From NCBI GenBank assembly GCA_041736175.1, contig JBGSUI010000014.1:32001-96000 (forward strand): DNA of 64,000 bases. The letters run 5' to 3'. The notes beneath the pieces were generated by a model. That model worked only from the letters and a program-made list of their open reading frames with translations. It ran no database searches and was not told where the DNA came from. Source of the DNA: Oligoflexales bacterium (GTDB lineage: Bacteria; Bdellovibrionota_B; Oligoflexia; Oligoflexales; CAIYRB01). Positions 29,890 to 39,169 of this stretch are shown in pieces; the first letter of the stretch is position 1, and each line of letters starts with the position of its first letter. A program made the position numbers and the translations under genes.

Positions 29890-30597
29890 GTGGGGGTTTC
29901 AATGAAGGGTAGAACGAGTCCTGTCAGGATGTCTTTTTTTTCAAAAGTATCTTTTTTAACCACGATGGTTTTGATTCCAACTCAAGGCTTTTCGAAGACC
30001 ACAAAGCTCGAAGCTAGAGATCACATCCTCAATATGGCAGGGTGTTTTTCTGTGACCTTTCAATATATTGAGGACGGAATTCACGATGCTTTCTATGCCC
30101 CGGTACTTGAGAAAGCCGTGGTGACCTCCGAGAGTCCATTGACACTAACGCGCTCTCTTATCATCGATGGGGTTGAAGAGCTGCACTGGTCCGATACCTG
30201 GACCAACGTGGGAGAAAATCTTTGGAAGCAAACAGTCATCGGCCCTTTTGGGGATTTCCGTTATGAATGCGAAGGTCCTTTTATCGAAAACCAGTGGAGC
30301 TGTCTGGCCCCTGGCTCGGCAAAGCCAAGGCGAGATCGGGAGCGACCATATGCAACCCTGAATCGCCACAATACCCTTCAAATAAACAACAAAAGATGGG
30401 TTCATGTCCAAAACAACCAAAAGCTAAAAAGTGATGGGAGTCTTTTTAGCGTAGAAGCAGGGTGGAATCGATATGAGCGCCGCCCCGAGAGCGATTGCTC
30501 CATAGCTCCCCCATCGTCTCCCCAATCATCTGAGTTAAGGATAAAGTCATTGCCACAGGGAGATCTAAATGGACCAACGGCTGAGGGACGTGATTGA
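29890..30597 (+). CDS. Secreted protein, DUF6607-like
   Basis: Signal peptide; MAGCF.V.F, PRRD, WVH.Q.N.K, E.G.N.Y motifs. Confidence 0.6.
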   Translation: MGVSMKGRTSPVRMSFFSKVSFLTTMVLIPTQGFSKTTKLEARDHILNMAGCFSVTFQYIEDGIHDAFYAPVLEKAVVTSESPLTLTRSLIIDGVEELHWSDTWTNVGENLWKQTVIGPFGDFRYECEGPFIENQWSCLAPGSAKPRRDRERPYATLNRHNTLQINNKRWVHVQNNQKLKSDGSLFSVEAGWNRYERRPESDCSIAPPSSPQSSELRIKSLPQGDLNGPTAEGRD

Positions 30598-30907
30598 CGC
30601 GTTTGATTCAACTACTGTCATAGCTTCAATCAAAAATGAGATTACCGGTCGGACCCTGCGAGCAGTGACTGGTAATTGGGATCCAGAACAACGAGTCTTC
30701 GCAATTTGGGCTTCTACAGACGACGATATATCGGGAATTTTTGAGGAGGGGCAAGATCAAGGCATATACCTTGAAATTGAGGGAAGTTATTTTGAAGTTG
30801 CCTGGATTGACTCAGAAGTTCAGTACGTTGGAAAACTATATTATAAGAGCGACAGTCGAGGTCGGGCGGAATCCAAACCTTACAAATACATGATGAAGTG
30901 CACTTAG
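30569..30907 (+). CDS. Hypothetical protein
   Basis: 112 aa ORF with GGGAG RBS, overlapping the upstream stop. Confidence 0.55.
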   Translation: MDQRLRDVIDAFDSTTVIASIKNEITGRTLRAVTGNWDPEQRVFAIWASTDDDISGIFEEGQDQGIYLEIEGSYFEVAWIDSEVQYVGKLYYKSDSRGRAESKPYKYMMKCT

Positions 30908-30937
30908 GACCTGTGTAACTTATTGTTGAGCAGGGCC

Positions 30938-31192
30938 TTAGCCTGTCCGCTTGTAAATCAGAGAGAGGCCGGTGGCGTGCCCAAAGTCAACGATATCAAG
31001 AAGGCGATCTTCGCCCAGCTTCTTACTCAGCTCTTCACGAACTATTAGCCACGCTTTTTTAAAGGCTTGGTGGGTCACTGGATCCTCCTTAAAAGAAGGC
31101 CATATGAGTTTTTCTTTCGAATTCCAACTTCTTAGGATCTGTATCTTTGCAGCCTCGATGTTCGTGCTTATATCGTGATCGACGGCAGTCAT
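30938..31192 (-). CDS. Hypothetical small protein (possible antitoxin remnant)
   Basis: AGGAG RBS and sigma28-like promoter upstream; no firm family. Confidence 0.45.
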   Translation of the reverse strand: MTAVDHDISTNIEAAKIQILRSWNSKEKLIWPSFKEDPVTHQAFKKAWLIVREELSKKLGEDRLLDIVDFGHATGLSLIYKRTG

Positions 31193-31248
31193 AAAACTCT
31201 CCTAAAGAATGATCTATGCTTGGGCAATTGTTCTACTCCCACACCGAT

Positions 31249-31275
31249 TGATCGGAATACTCTTGGTAAACTTGA
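31249..31275 (-). promoter_or_regulatory. Putative sigma28-type promoter
   Basis: TCAA-N15-TCCGATCA on the minus strand. Confidence 0.4.
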
Positions 31276-31419
31276 ATTCTTATAGGTGTTTTTAATCAGC
31301 TGGCATAACATGCTGTATCTATTGGATTTTAATCCTTGACGCCCCCTGTGAATGGAGATTTCATCCTTAGCTTTGGTGGCTCGCAAAGAGTACCATAAGC
31401 ATCTAATAGGATCGCCAAG

Positions 31420-32589
31420 CTACAGAATTCTAGCCCAGACCGCCTTAAGATACCGGCTTTCCGGTGCTTGGGCTAAAAAGGGATGGTCATACCCTGCCCC
31501 TGAGATATGAAAGATCTGGGCTGTTCTCCCACAGTGAAACGCAGCCCTTTTAAGGGCCTCCACAAACTGATCTTCTGAGATGAGTCCACTGCATGAGCAG
31601 GTTAGCAAAGTACCACCGAGCTGGACGATCTCCATCGCCAGTCGGTTAAGGGCGACGTATTTATTAAGGGCTGCATCGACCAGCTCTTGGCTCCGTGTTT
31701 GTTTGGGTGGATCTAAGATAACCAAGCTATATTTAGCTTTTTCCGCTATCTTTTGTTTGAGCCATTGGTAAACATCAGCCACTTCGGTTTTTATAGTAAC
31801 ATTGTTTAGAGCGGCGTTTTCTTGGGCGATTTCTAAAGATGATGGGTCAAGGTCGACTGCGGTGACTTCCGCAGCCTTGCCGAGGGCTTTTGCATAAACC
31901 GAAAAAGCTCCGGTATGGCAGCATAAATCAGCAACCGTGGCGCCTTGGCTTAAGCTAGCAAGGAGTCTTCGGTTATCTCGTTGATCAACAAAAAATCCGG
32001 TTTTTCTATGAGAACCAACAGAGACCTTAAACTTAAGTCCACTTTCTAGCCCCACGATGGCAGGTGGTGGTGGCAGCTCCCAGCAGTCGAAAGACTCCTG
32101 TTTCTGGAGTCTTTTTTCGGAAAACCAATAAATATGATGGTGAGGAAAGAGTTTAGCGAGTGCGTTTTTGATCATTTCGCGGCAGCGAAACATACCAGCT
32201 GAAAACCACTCAATGACCAATTGGTCTCCAAAAAGGTCGATGACGAGACCCGGCAAGAGGTCGCCCTCGGAATGGACCAAACGCACCATATTGGTGCTTT
32301 CGGTGAGGAGGTCTTTGCGTAAACTCATGGCCATTTGCAGGCGGCTGACAAAAAAGTCTTCGTCGATCACTTGATCTGCTTGGTGGCTTAAAACCCGTAG
32401 TGCAACCCGCGTACGCCCATTGTAAAAACCAACTCCAAGTGGATCACCACTGGGACTGACAATCTGGACGAGGGAGCCTGGGGGGAGTCTTTCCTTGGGG
32501 GCAACGACACCAGAGGAGTAAACCCAAGGATGAGAAATGGATTTGGCTTTAGCCAGCATGATCGTGGGGAGAGGTGTGTCTTGGATCAT
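31420..32589 (-). CDS. rlmI: RlmI-like class I SAM-dependent rRNA methyltransferase
   Basis: HPWVYS, HSEGDLLPGL.ID, KTGFFVDQRDNR, LDPP, TCSCSG, DHP, YLK. Confidence 0.85.
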   Translation of the reverse strand: MIQDTPLPTIMLAKAKSISHPWVYSSGVVAPKERLPPGSLVQIVSPSGDPLGVGFYNGRTRVALRVLSHQADQVIDEDFFVSRLQMAMSLRKDLLTESTNMVRLVHSEGDLLPGLVIDLFGDQLVIEWFSAGMFRCREMIKNALAKLFPHHHIYWFSEKRLQKQESFDCWELPPPPAIVGLESGLKFKVSVGSHRKTGFFVDQRDNRRLLASLSQGATVADLCCHTGAFSVYAKALGKAAEVTAVDLDPSSLEIAQENAALNNVTIKTEVADVYQWLKQKIAEKAKYSLVILDPPKQTRSQELVDAALNKYVALNRLAMEIVQLGGTLLTCSCSGLISEDQFVEALKRAAFHCGRTAQIFHISGAGYDHPFLAQAPESRYLKAVWARIL

Positions 32590-33377
32590 CCAATGTCCTT
32601 TCGCAATAGCTCCTCAGTGACGAGGGATGACAGGCTTATGTCTGTGGAGAATGAATCTGGAAATGAGTTTCCAAATATCGAAAGGGGAGTCCCGAATCTC
32701 AGCTTTATGCAACGCAGGGCGATAAAATCCTGCGATCCGAAAAGATCGGTTCCCCCGTAAAGTTGGTCCCCCCAGATGGGGCAGCCCCGTTTGGCGAGCT
32801 CGTAACGGAGTTGGTGGGGTCGACCAGTATGGGGCTTCAGCTCCCAGTGAAGTCCTAGAAAGTTTTTGGATGATTCCTTGGGATCTTGGGGATCTTGGAG
32901 ATCTTGTCTTAAAAAAGGGACCTGCCCTAAACAGCGGGCAAAGGTGACTGCTGGCTTTCCATGGCTCGCCTCAAAAGTTCTTTTTTTACCGCGGACCAAC
33001 TGGGACCGCCATTCCTCCTGAGAGCCTCTGGAGTCCTGTTGGCCCGTAGGGCAAGAGGTGACCCCATGGTAGGTTTTTTCCACCTCCCGCTTTTCGAAAA
33101 GGCTGTTTAAGATCTGGTGGGTCTTTGCGTCGCGGGCCATCACCAAGAGCCCAGAAACTTCGAAGTCCAACCGATGGACTGGCCAAAGGCGCTCATGTCG
33201 CTCCTCCTGAAGGACCAGGCCAACGCAGGGGCGTGGGTCCGCTGCACCGATGCGGCTCGGAACGCTTAACCAACCCGAGGGTTTGTCAACGACGATGATC
33301 TTGCTGTTTTCAAAGACGATTCTCTTTTGTAAAGAGTATCCTTGGGAGATATTTGGGTTTAAAGGTTGTCCGATCAT
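32586..33377 (-). CDS. RluA family pseudouridine synthase
   Basis: VDKPSG, VHRLD..VSG, TGRPHQLR, PIWGDQLYG. Confidence 0.92.
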   Translation of the reverse strand: MIGQPLNPNISQGYSLQKRIVFENSKIIVVDKPSGWLSVPSRIGAADPRPCVGLVLQEERHERLWPVHRLDFEVSGLLVMARDAKTHQILNSLFEKREVEKTYHGVTSCPTGQQDSRGSQEEWRSQLVRGKKRTFEASHGKPAVTFARCLGQVPFLRQDLQDPQDPKESSKNFLGLHWELKPHTGRPHQLRYELAKRGCPIWGDQLYGGTDLFGSQDFIALRCIKLRFGTPLSIFGNSFPDSFSTDISLSSLVTEELLRKDIG

Positions 33378-33471
33378 TATTTCCCTCGCTAGACTTTCGC
33401 CTTGGGGTTGGTAAATCTTTAGTCCAGCGGCTTGACGAACCTATCCTAAAACCGCTATTTATCATCGTCTT

Positions 33472-33798
33472 ATGGAGGACTTTATGGACGAAAATCAAGC
33501 ATTGACCCAGATTAAACACGATATCGAAACCAACCCAATCTGCCTCTTTATGAAAGGGACACCCGATGCTCCCCAATGTGGGTTTTCTGCCCATGTGGTG
33601 CAGATCTTGAATTCCTATGGGGTGACCTTTCATGCTGTTGATGTTCTCAGCGACTGGAATATCAGAGAAGGCATCAAGCAATACACAAACTGGCCCACGG
33701 TCCCTCAGCTTTATGTAAAGGGCCAATTTGTGGGTGGCTGTGATATCACGGCGGAGATGCATCGAAAAGGTCAGCTCGAAGGCGTTCTCAAGGGCTAG
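33472..33798 (+). CDS. grxD: Monothiol glutaredoxin (Grx4)
   Basis: FMKGTP..PQCGFS, WPTVPQLY, GGCDI. Confidence 0.96.
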   Translation: MEDFMDENQALTQIKHDIETNPICLFMKGTPDAPQCGFSAHVVQILNSYGVTFHAVDVLSDWNIREGIKQYTNWPTVPQLYVKGQFVGGCDITAEMHRKGQLEGVLKG

Positions 33799-33800
33799 GG

Positions 33801-34208
33801 TCAAAACCGCGATTTCGCTGGTTTAGCGGAACCGACGGGAGGTCGTTTGGGGCCGCCAGGTCGAGGGGCTAGGGGTTTATCGAGACGGGCCTGGTCTTTT
33901 TGGAGACCTAGGAGCTGCTGAATGATAAGGCTTTCTTTAGCCTTGTCGGCAGCATCTGGCTTCATTCCATCAGCGGCAAGGAGTTGCTTATAGTCTCGAA
34001 TCATATCGAGCTTTTTTTGGAGAAGATTGCGTTTCTTCTCCAAATCCCGGCGCAAAAGCACCTTTTCCTGGTCTTTTCCTAGGGGAGGCGTCGGGCCACC
34101 ACGGCCTTGGCCTTGGCCTTGGCCTTTTCCTTGACTCGATCCCTCTGGAGTTCTGGCCTTTTTATACTTGAGATCCATCGATCGACCTACCTTCCTCGTT
34201 CGCGCCAA
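33801..34208 (-). CDS. Hypothetical basic protein
   Basis: ORF overlapping the udk stop; GQ repeat and coiled-coil segment. Confidence 0.6.
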   Translation of the reverse strand: MARTRKVGRSMDLKYKKARTPEGSSQGKGQGQGQGRGGPTPPLGKDQEKVLLRRDLEKKRNLLQKKLDMIRDYKQLLAADGMKPDAADKAKESLIIQQLLGLQKDQARLDKPLAPRPGGPKRPPVGSAKPAKSRF

Positions 34209-34852
34209 GTCTGAATCATTCCAGCGAGCATATTGACTGCCCGGTCGTTGTGATCCTCCCAGCTAATAATAATATCTGATTGATAACGCTGTCTTACCAC
34301 GAATTCATCGTGCATGGATTTTACCGTTTTTAGATATTGTTGGATAACCCCATCGACATTGCGGCCCCGCTCTTTGATATCCCGCTGCAATCGGCGGATA
34401 AAACGAATGTCATCGCTTACATCAACATAGATTTTAAGATCCAAGACCTCTCTGAGTTTCGCCCAGTGGAGCGACAGAATCCCATCCAAAATAATGACGG
34501 GTTGGGGTTGCAATAAGACAGTCTCATGGGTTCGAGTATGGGTGGTAAAATCATAGGTGGGTCTGTAGACCGATTTTGCCTCTATAAGATCTTTAACCTG
34601 GGAAAGGAGTAGGTCACCGTCGAGAGCTTCGGGATGGTCAAAGTTGCAGTGGTCTCGTTCTATCGGGCTGAGGTGGGATAGGTCCCTATAGTAATGATCA
34701 AGAGCCAAAACCAGGATGCCCTCGGGACCGGTCTCGTCGAGAAGCTTGCGAACCAATGTGGTTTTACCAGACCCAGAGCCACCGCATACGGCGATGACTT
34801 TTGGTGAGTGGCCTATCTTTTTGTCGTGACTATGAGTCAACAGGTTCCTCAC
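34187..34852 (-). CDS. udk: Uridine kinase
   Basis: GGSGSGKTT, DHYY, NFDHP, RRLQRDIKERGR. Confidence 0.93.
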   Translation of the reverse strand: MRNLLTHSHDKKIGHSPKVIAVCGGSGSGKTTLVRKLLDETGPEGILVLALDHYYRDLSHLSPIERDHCNFDHPEALDGDLLLSQVKDLIEAKSVYRPTYDFTTHTRTHETVLLQPQPVIILDGILSLHWAKLREVLDLKIYVDVSDDIRFIRRLQRDIKERGRNVDGVIQQYLKTVKSMHDEFVVRQRYQSDIIISWEDHNDRAVNMLAGMIQTWRERGR

Positions 34853-34919
34853 CTATGGTTGGTTCCGCAACAAGGCGACCATCATTAGCTCATTTCGGGA
34901 TAAATCGCCACCTGTTTTA

Positions 34920-35465
34920 TCAATCGAATTGTGGAATCTTGGTGGTCTTGTCCCCATGAGGAGCCCAGTCCTTAAAGGGGTGTTTGCTGAGGTTGGAGTT
35001 AAAGTACCTGGGATCATGGGAAACCTCTCGTCCGAGCCAGTCAGGAGGGGTAAATCTCTCGGCCTCGTGGGTGAGAGTGACTTCGGCGACCATAAGGCCA
35101 AAATTGTTTCCCTGGAACTCGTCAATTTCCCATGTTTTACCCTCAAAATCCACTAGGTACCTTACTTTGTCGATGATGGAATCTCTACAAAACTGAGTTA
35201 ACAGTTCAGCCGCCTCAGAAGTAGGGATTTCATACTCAAACTCACTCCGCGTGACGCCTTGAACGGGGCCCTTAATGGTGATCCAAGCCCTGCCTTGGGT
35301 TGTAGGACCAGATGAGGTCGGGCCTAGGGGGTGTTCGGACCGGACACGGACGGTGCATTGGCGAGCCGTGGAAAGGTAGCCTTGGACTAGCCGTTTATAG
35401 GAAAGGACCTCATGTCGCCAATGTTCCGAAATGATGAGAAATTTTCTTTCAATTTCAACTCCCAT
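34920..35465 (-). CDS. CYTH domain protein
   Basis: EIERKFL, QGYL, TVRVR, ITIKG, EFEYEI, K.RY, WEIDEF. Confidence 0.93.
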   Translation of the reverse strand: MGVEIERKFLIISEHWRHEVLSYKRLVQGYLSTARQCTVRVRSEHPLGPTSSGPTTQGRAWITIKGPVQGVTRSEFEYEIPTSEAAELLTQFCRDSIIDKVRYLVDFEGKTWEIDEFQGNNFGLMVAEVTLTHEAERFTPPDWLGREVSHDPRYFNSNLSKHPFKDWAPHGDKTTKIPQFD

Positions 35466-35664
35466 CTCTTGCTCCTTGAGTGTGAAGTGGAATTTGCTGC
35501 CCGAATCTTAGGGGCTCGTTGCAGATTAGGATCACTTTTTGATCCGAATCAAAAACCCGTGCTATGATGAGCCTGCAAGGTTTTATTCACGTTTACGAAT
35601 GACTCAAACACTGACCTTACCTCCGGTTGTTTCAACAGCGGGTCCAGGTCATGGTAGGTATAAG

Positions 35665-36261
35665 ATGACAAAGGGGCGGCGTCGAGGGTTTAAATCCTGG
35701 TTCGTAGAACCCTACCTCCAAGTACGCCTTGGAATCTGGTTCTTAACCATTAACTGTGTCTTTGGGGGCTTGATTTTTGCGGTCTATAGCTACTATGTCC
35801 TCGAAGTCTACCAGGCAGTGATCATGTATTTTAGGATTGCTGGGGCCGATAGCACCGAAGTCTTTGCCAAGTTTCGGGTACCTTTAGCTGTAGGGATTGG
35901 GCTGATCGTTAGCTTTATCTTGACCACAATATTGGTTTCTGTGCGTCTAACCCACGGCTTTTATGGTCCATTGGTTTCGATCAATCGATTTCTTGATGAG
36001 GCCCTTTCAGGCCAACCGCCCGAACCAATTCACCTTAGGGACTCGGATCAATTGCAGGACCTAGCTGATAAACTGAATAAAATCAGAACCCAACTGCCAA
36101 ACAATCACGTCGCCGGAGGTTCTCCAAACCAGCTAAGGGCTATCCAAAGTTTTCTGAACCAAATCCTGGAAGGCAAGGAACCCATCCTTGAAGGATCTGA
36201 TAAAGACTTTATGCTAGCTGATATCGCTAAGAAAATTAGGAAGATCAAAAGTAGTCGCTAA
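35665..36261 (+). CDS. Two-TM membrane protein with HAMP-like segment (ORF track starts at 35539)
   Basis: Two TM helices then THGFYGPLVSI...LRDSDQLQDLADKLN. Confidence 0.65.
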   Translation: MTKGRRRGFKSWFVEPYLQVRLGIWFLTINCVFGGLIFAVYSYYVLEVYQAVIMYFRIAGADSTEVFAKFRVPLAVGIGLIVSFILTTILVSVRLTHGFYGPLVSINRFLDEALSGQPPEPIHLRDSDQLQDLADKLNKIRTQLPNNHVAGGSPNQLRAIQSFLNQILEGKEPILEGSDKDFMLADIAKKIRKIKSSR

Positions 36262-36276
36262 AATAGTATAAAGTTG

Positions 36277-36305
36277 TTGACTCAGCGGTGAGAAACCCTT
36301 ATAAG
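36277..36305 (+). promoter_or_regulatory. sigma70-type promoter of tRNA-fMet
   Basis: TTGACT-N17-TATAAG, 16 bp before the tRNA. Confidence 0.65.
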
Positions 36306-36321
36306 TATCTTTACCAAATGA

Positions 36322-36398
36322 CGCGGGGTGGAGAAGCCTGGTATCTCGTCGGGCTCATAACCCGAAGATCAGCGGTTCAAATCCGCTCCCCGCTACCA
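36322..36398 (+). tRNA. Initiator tRNA-fMet (CAT)
   Basis: 77 nt cloverleaf, unpaired C1/T72, three G-C pairs in the anticodon stem, CAT anticodon, GGTTCAAATCC T-arm, encoded CCA. Confidence 0.97.
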
Positions 36399-36407
36399 AA
36401 ATTATTA

Positions 36408-36437
36408 GGCGCCTCGATTTTAAAAATCGGGGCGTTT
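36408..36437 (+). terminator. Hairpin terminator after tRNA-fMet
   Basis: GGCGCCTCGATTT...AATCGGGGCGTTT; a variant copy lies at 37727-37758. Confidence 0.65.
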
Positions 36438-36608
36438 CTGCGTTGAGAGATGGCTACTCCGACCCCAGATGCAAGAGATACTCACGATAGGCGTATGTTC
36501 GATCTCTTTTTTTACCACTTGTCTCGACGGAAATACCAACCTAGCGACCGTGACTTGATGTGAAACTCATTTGCCACACCGAGTTGTGCACAAAGCGGCA
36601 CAGTCCCA

Positions 36609-36863
36609 TTAGCGATAAACTTCACGGCGATGACCAACCCGGACGACCAATACAATTAATTCACGGTCCTTAACTTGATAAACAACGCGATAGTCGCCGA
36701 CGCGAACACGATACAAACCGCCCGCGCCTTGCAACTTCTTACAGTCCGTAGCTCTCGGCGTTGCCGCCAGCGAATCAATCTTTTTTTCAATGCGACGTTG
36801 ATCGACAGAACTAAGGGCAAGTAACTGCTTCCTGGCGCGTGGATCAATAAATATTTTGTACAC
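36609..36863 (-). CDS. relE: RelE/ParE family toxin
   Basis: Y.I.I...ARKQL, KKLQG, YRVRVGDYRVVY, VGHRREVYR. Confidence 0.93.
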   Translation of the reverse strand: MYKIFIDPRARKQLLALSSVDQRRIEKKIDSLAATPRATDCKKLQGAGGLYRVRVGDYRVVYQVKDRELIVLVVRVGHRREVYR

Positions 36864-36869
36864 GTCAGC

Positions 36870-37148
36870 TCAAGCCTTTTTCTTCGGCTGTTTAGCTCGG
36901 CGAGCCTTGAGTTCCGCCTTGACCTTATCCCAGGCGACAGGTGCCATCGGCTTCGCTAATACTTTCTCAGCTTCCCTGGTATCCAACTGATCCTCCAGTG
37001 CCTCAAGAGCTTCCAAGTCCTCGATGGAGACTAATGCCGCCATCTTTTTATTCCGGCGCATGACAATGATGCGTTCCTTGCCGTAAGCGGCGCGGTTAAG
37101 AATCTCAGCAAACTGGTCTCTGGCTTCGGCGACGGTTAAATTACTCAT
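36870..37148 (-). CDS. Phd/YefM family antitoxin
   Basis: TVAEARDQFAEILNRA, ERII..R..K.MAALVS; GAGGT RBS before ATG 37148. Confidence 0.92.
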   Translation of the reverse strand: MSNLTVAEARDQFAEILNRAAYGKERIIVMRRNKKMAALVSIEDLEALEALEDQLDTREAEKVLAKPMAPVAWDKVKAELKARRAKQPKKKA

Positions 37149-37186
37149 TGTACACCTCATACAAAACGTACATCTTGTACATTATA
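37149..37186 (-). promoter_or_regulatory. TA autoregulatory operator and -10 box
   Basis: TATAAT (37181-37186, minus strand) followed by TGTACA/CGTACA/TGTACA hexamers at 37176, 37167 and 37149. Confidence 0.6.
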
Positions 37187-37664
37187 CGGCATGATAAGCT
37201 AAAACCTTTAGGCAAATTTATATAAAGCATAACTATCAGAAACTTACTATCATTTACCTATCGAACCTATGTCGCCAGTCTGATATCTAAAAACTTAACA
37301 AGCCGAACTTACAATTGCATCTGCTCTTCAATAAATACCTAATATTTTTAGACATATATCACATTGCCCGGCCGTTCACAAACAATTCAAGGCGGGCAGG
37401 TGCGAAAACTGGCGGGAGCACGTCCGCAAAAGAAAAGGTTTGGTATGAAGGCCCACGCATATGATGCTCAACCTGATTAATAATGCAGTGATATCGATAT
37501 ATTATGGCGCTGAAAATTGTTAAGATTAAATGGCGTAGGCAATTCGGAACACCGATAGAACTACATAGTGCTGTGAAAATTGGTTCTAAATCGCCAAATA
37601 ACCCTCAATTCTCAGTGGACCCACAGGTCCGCCTCTGCTATGTCCATTATTCGTCTCTGGCGAA

Positions 37665-37787
37665 TCGTCGGGCTCATAACCCGAAGATCAGCGGTTCAAA
37701 TCCGCTCCCCGCTACCAAAATTATGAGGCGCCTCGATTTTTTTAAAGTCGGGGCGTTTGTGCGTTGAGAGGATGCCTACTCCGACCC
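37665..37787 (+). repeat. Duplicated 3' part of tRNA-fMet plus terminator (att-like; not a full tRNA)
   Basis: Copy of 36346-36465; lacks the 5' acceptor strand and most of the D-arm. Confidence 0.92.
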
Positions 37788-37789
37788 TA

Positions 37790-38932
37790 TCATTTCGCGC
37801 TCCAGGGGCCCTCTCGAAAATATTCAAGTGGTGACATAATCTCTATGCCTTGCTCAAACTTGGTTCTTTCGACACTATACACAATCTGTACCGCGCGTCT
37901 GGGCTTCAGCAGTTCTGCATAATGCTTCAGAGAAGAGCTGGGCCGTTCATCGCTGTATTTTACTTCGATCAGTTCATCAACCTTTTTATTGCGGACCAGC
38001 ACAAAATCTACCTCACGATCATCACGGTCTCTCAGGTAACATAAGCTTAGTTGAGCACCAGTTTGATCCTCCTCAAATTGGAGTCTCTTAAGTAAATGTG
38101 CAGCGACTAGATTTTCAAAACGAGCTCCCAGCAGTTTGTCAGCTGGAACTTCGACGTCCATATTGTCGTAAAAAAAAACCCGAGGTGCTTTTTGAAGCGC
38201 ACGGCTTAGCTTGCCGGTATAGGGTGGGACGATAAAAACAAGATACATTCGAGCTAAGAGATCGATCCAAGATTTAACGGTTTTAGGAGCCACTTCGAGA
38301 TCAGCAGCCAGATTTGCATAGGATATTTGTGAACCGACTCGTTCTTTGAGCAAGTCAGCGAGATGAGATAGGGCAGCGATCATTCGGACATTTTCAATAT
38401 CCCGAATGTCATCCTTGATTATTCTATCAAAACGTTCTCGACGCCAGCGAGCGGCTTCCATTGGGGAAAGAGTCAAGAAAGGCTCAGGAAATCCTCCCAC
38501 CAACATCAGCCGATCCAGCGTTTCTCGAGCTGAGAATGAGGGTCCACACTCATCGATCGTAAAGGGATGCATTCTCCAGTAGTGATAGCGACCAAATAAG
38601 GAGTCGCCTCCTCGACGATAAATGTCCAAGCGGGCACTTCCGGTCACAAGATAAGTTTGCGACGACTTTTTCGTATCGTAGACTCCTTTGATCCACTGTT
38701 TCCATTTACTTGATTTATGAAGCTCATCAAAAACAATGAGTGGAACCGAAGGGTTAAATTGATATTTTTGTATGCGGCGCCGGTCACGTCCATCATCCCA
38801 GTTTAGGTATTCACCGCCTAACTGCTCAAGAAGTTGCTGCGACATATAGGTTTTTCCGCACTGGCGGGGTCCACCTACAAAAACCATTTTTTTTTGCAGG
38901 TCATTAAGAATAAATTTTTCGAGATATCGCAT
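37790..38932 (-). CDS. AAA_14 ATPase with DUF4143 domain (ORF track extends to 39028)
   Basis: GPRQCGKT, FDELH, TGSA, GDSLFGR, GGFPE, FENLV, REVDF, IEVK. Confidence 0.9.
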   Translation of the reverse strand: MRYLEKFILNDLQKKMVFVGGPRQCGKTYMSQQLLEQLGGEYLNWDDGRDRRRIQKYQFNPSVPLIVFDELHKSSKWKQWIKGVYDTKKSSQTYLVTGSARLDIYRRGGDSLFGRYHYWRMHPFTIDECGPSFSARETLDRLMLVGGFPEPFLTLSPMEAARWRRERFDRIIKDDIRDIENVRMIAALSHLADLLKERVGSQISYANLAADLEVAPKTVKSWIDLLARMYLVFIVPPYTGKLSRALQKAPRVFFYDNMDVEVPADKLLGARFENLVAAHLLKRLQFEEDQTGAQLSLCYLRDRDDREVDFVLVRNKKVDELIEVKYSDERPSSSLKHYAELLKPRRAVQIVYSVERTKFEQGIEIMSPLEYFREGPWSAK

Positions 38933-39042
38933 AGTTAAGCCCTTACTCGGCAAATCGGACCTATAAGTCATAATAGCCGCGGCAAATCGGAAATACAAGT
39001 CATTTTGGCTGCACAGCGCTTTAGTCACAGCCCGACAGTTTT

Positions 39043-39057
39043 TGGCATCTGATTTGC
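39043..39057 (+). promoter_or_regulatory. Putative sigma54 promoter
   Basis: TGGCATCTGATTTGC (GG-N10-GC), about 110 bp upstream of the 39170 gene. Confidence 0.45.
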
Positions 39058-39169
39058 CAAGGAGAAAGGTCCACCACCACCCTAAAGCCCCTACTATTAG
39101 ACAAATTCATCTATTGAATCTATCATAAAGACAAGACGCTTTTAAATTTGAGTTCAAGTGTAACTTGCA

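Larger units (their letters stand above)
36346..37787. mobile_element. Integrase-less genomic islet at tRNA-fMet carrying a toxin-antitoxin pair
   Basis: Direct repeats 36346-36465 and 37665-37787 (first 60 bp identical) flank Phd/RelE genes. Confidence 0.75.

Noticed and set aside
34102..34125. GGCCTT tandem repeat (also 12-bp repeats near 11550-11595 and 9-bp repeats near 32875-32905)
   Set aside because: In-frame low-complexity coding repeats; not CRISPR and no frameshift-type phase variation
37665..37717. Second tRNA-Met gene
   Set aside because: Only the 3' 53 nt are present; the 5' acceptor strand and most of the D-arm are missing, so it is treated as an att-like repeat
37504..37767. 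87-aa ORF
   Set aside because: Reads through the tRNA fragment and hairpin; likely spurious
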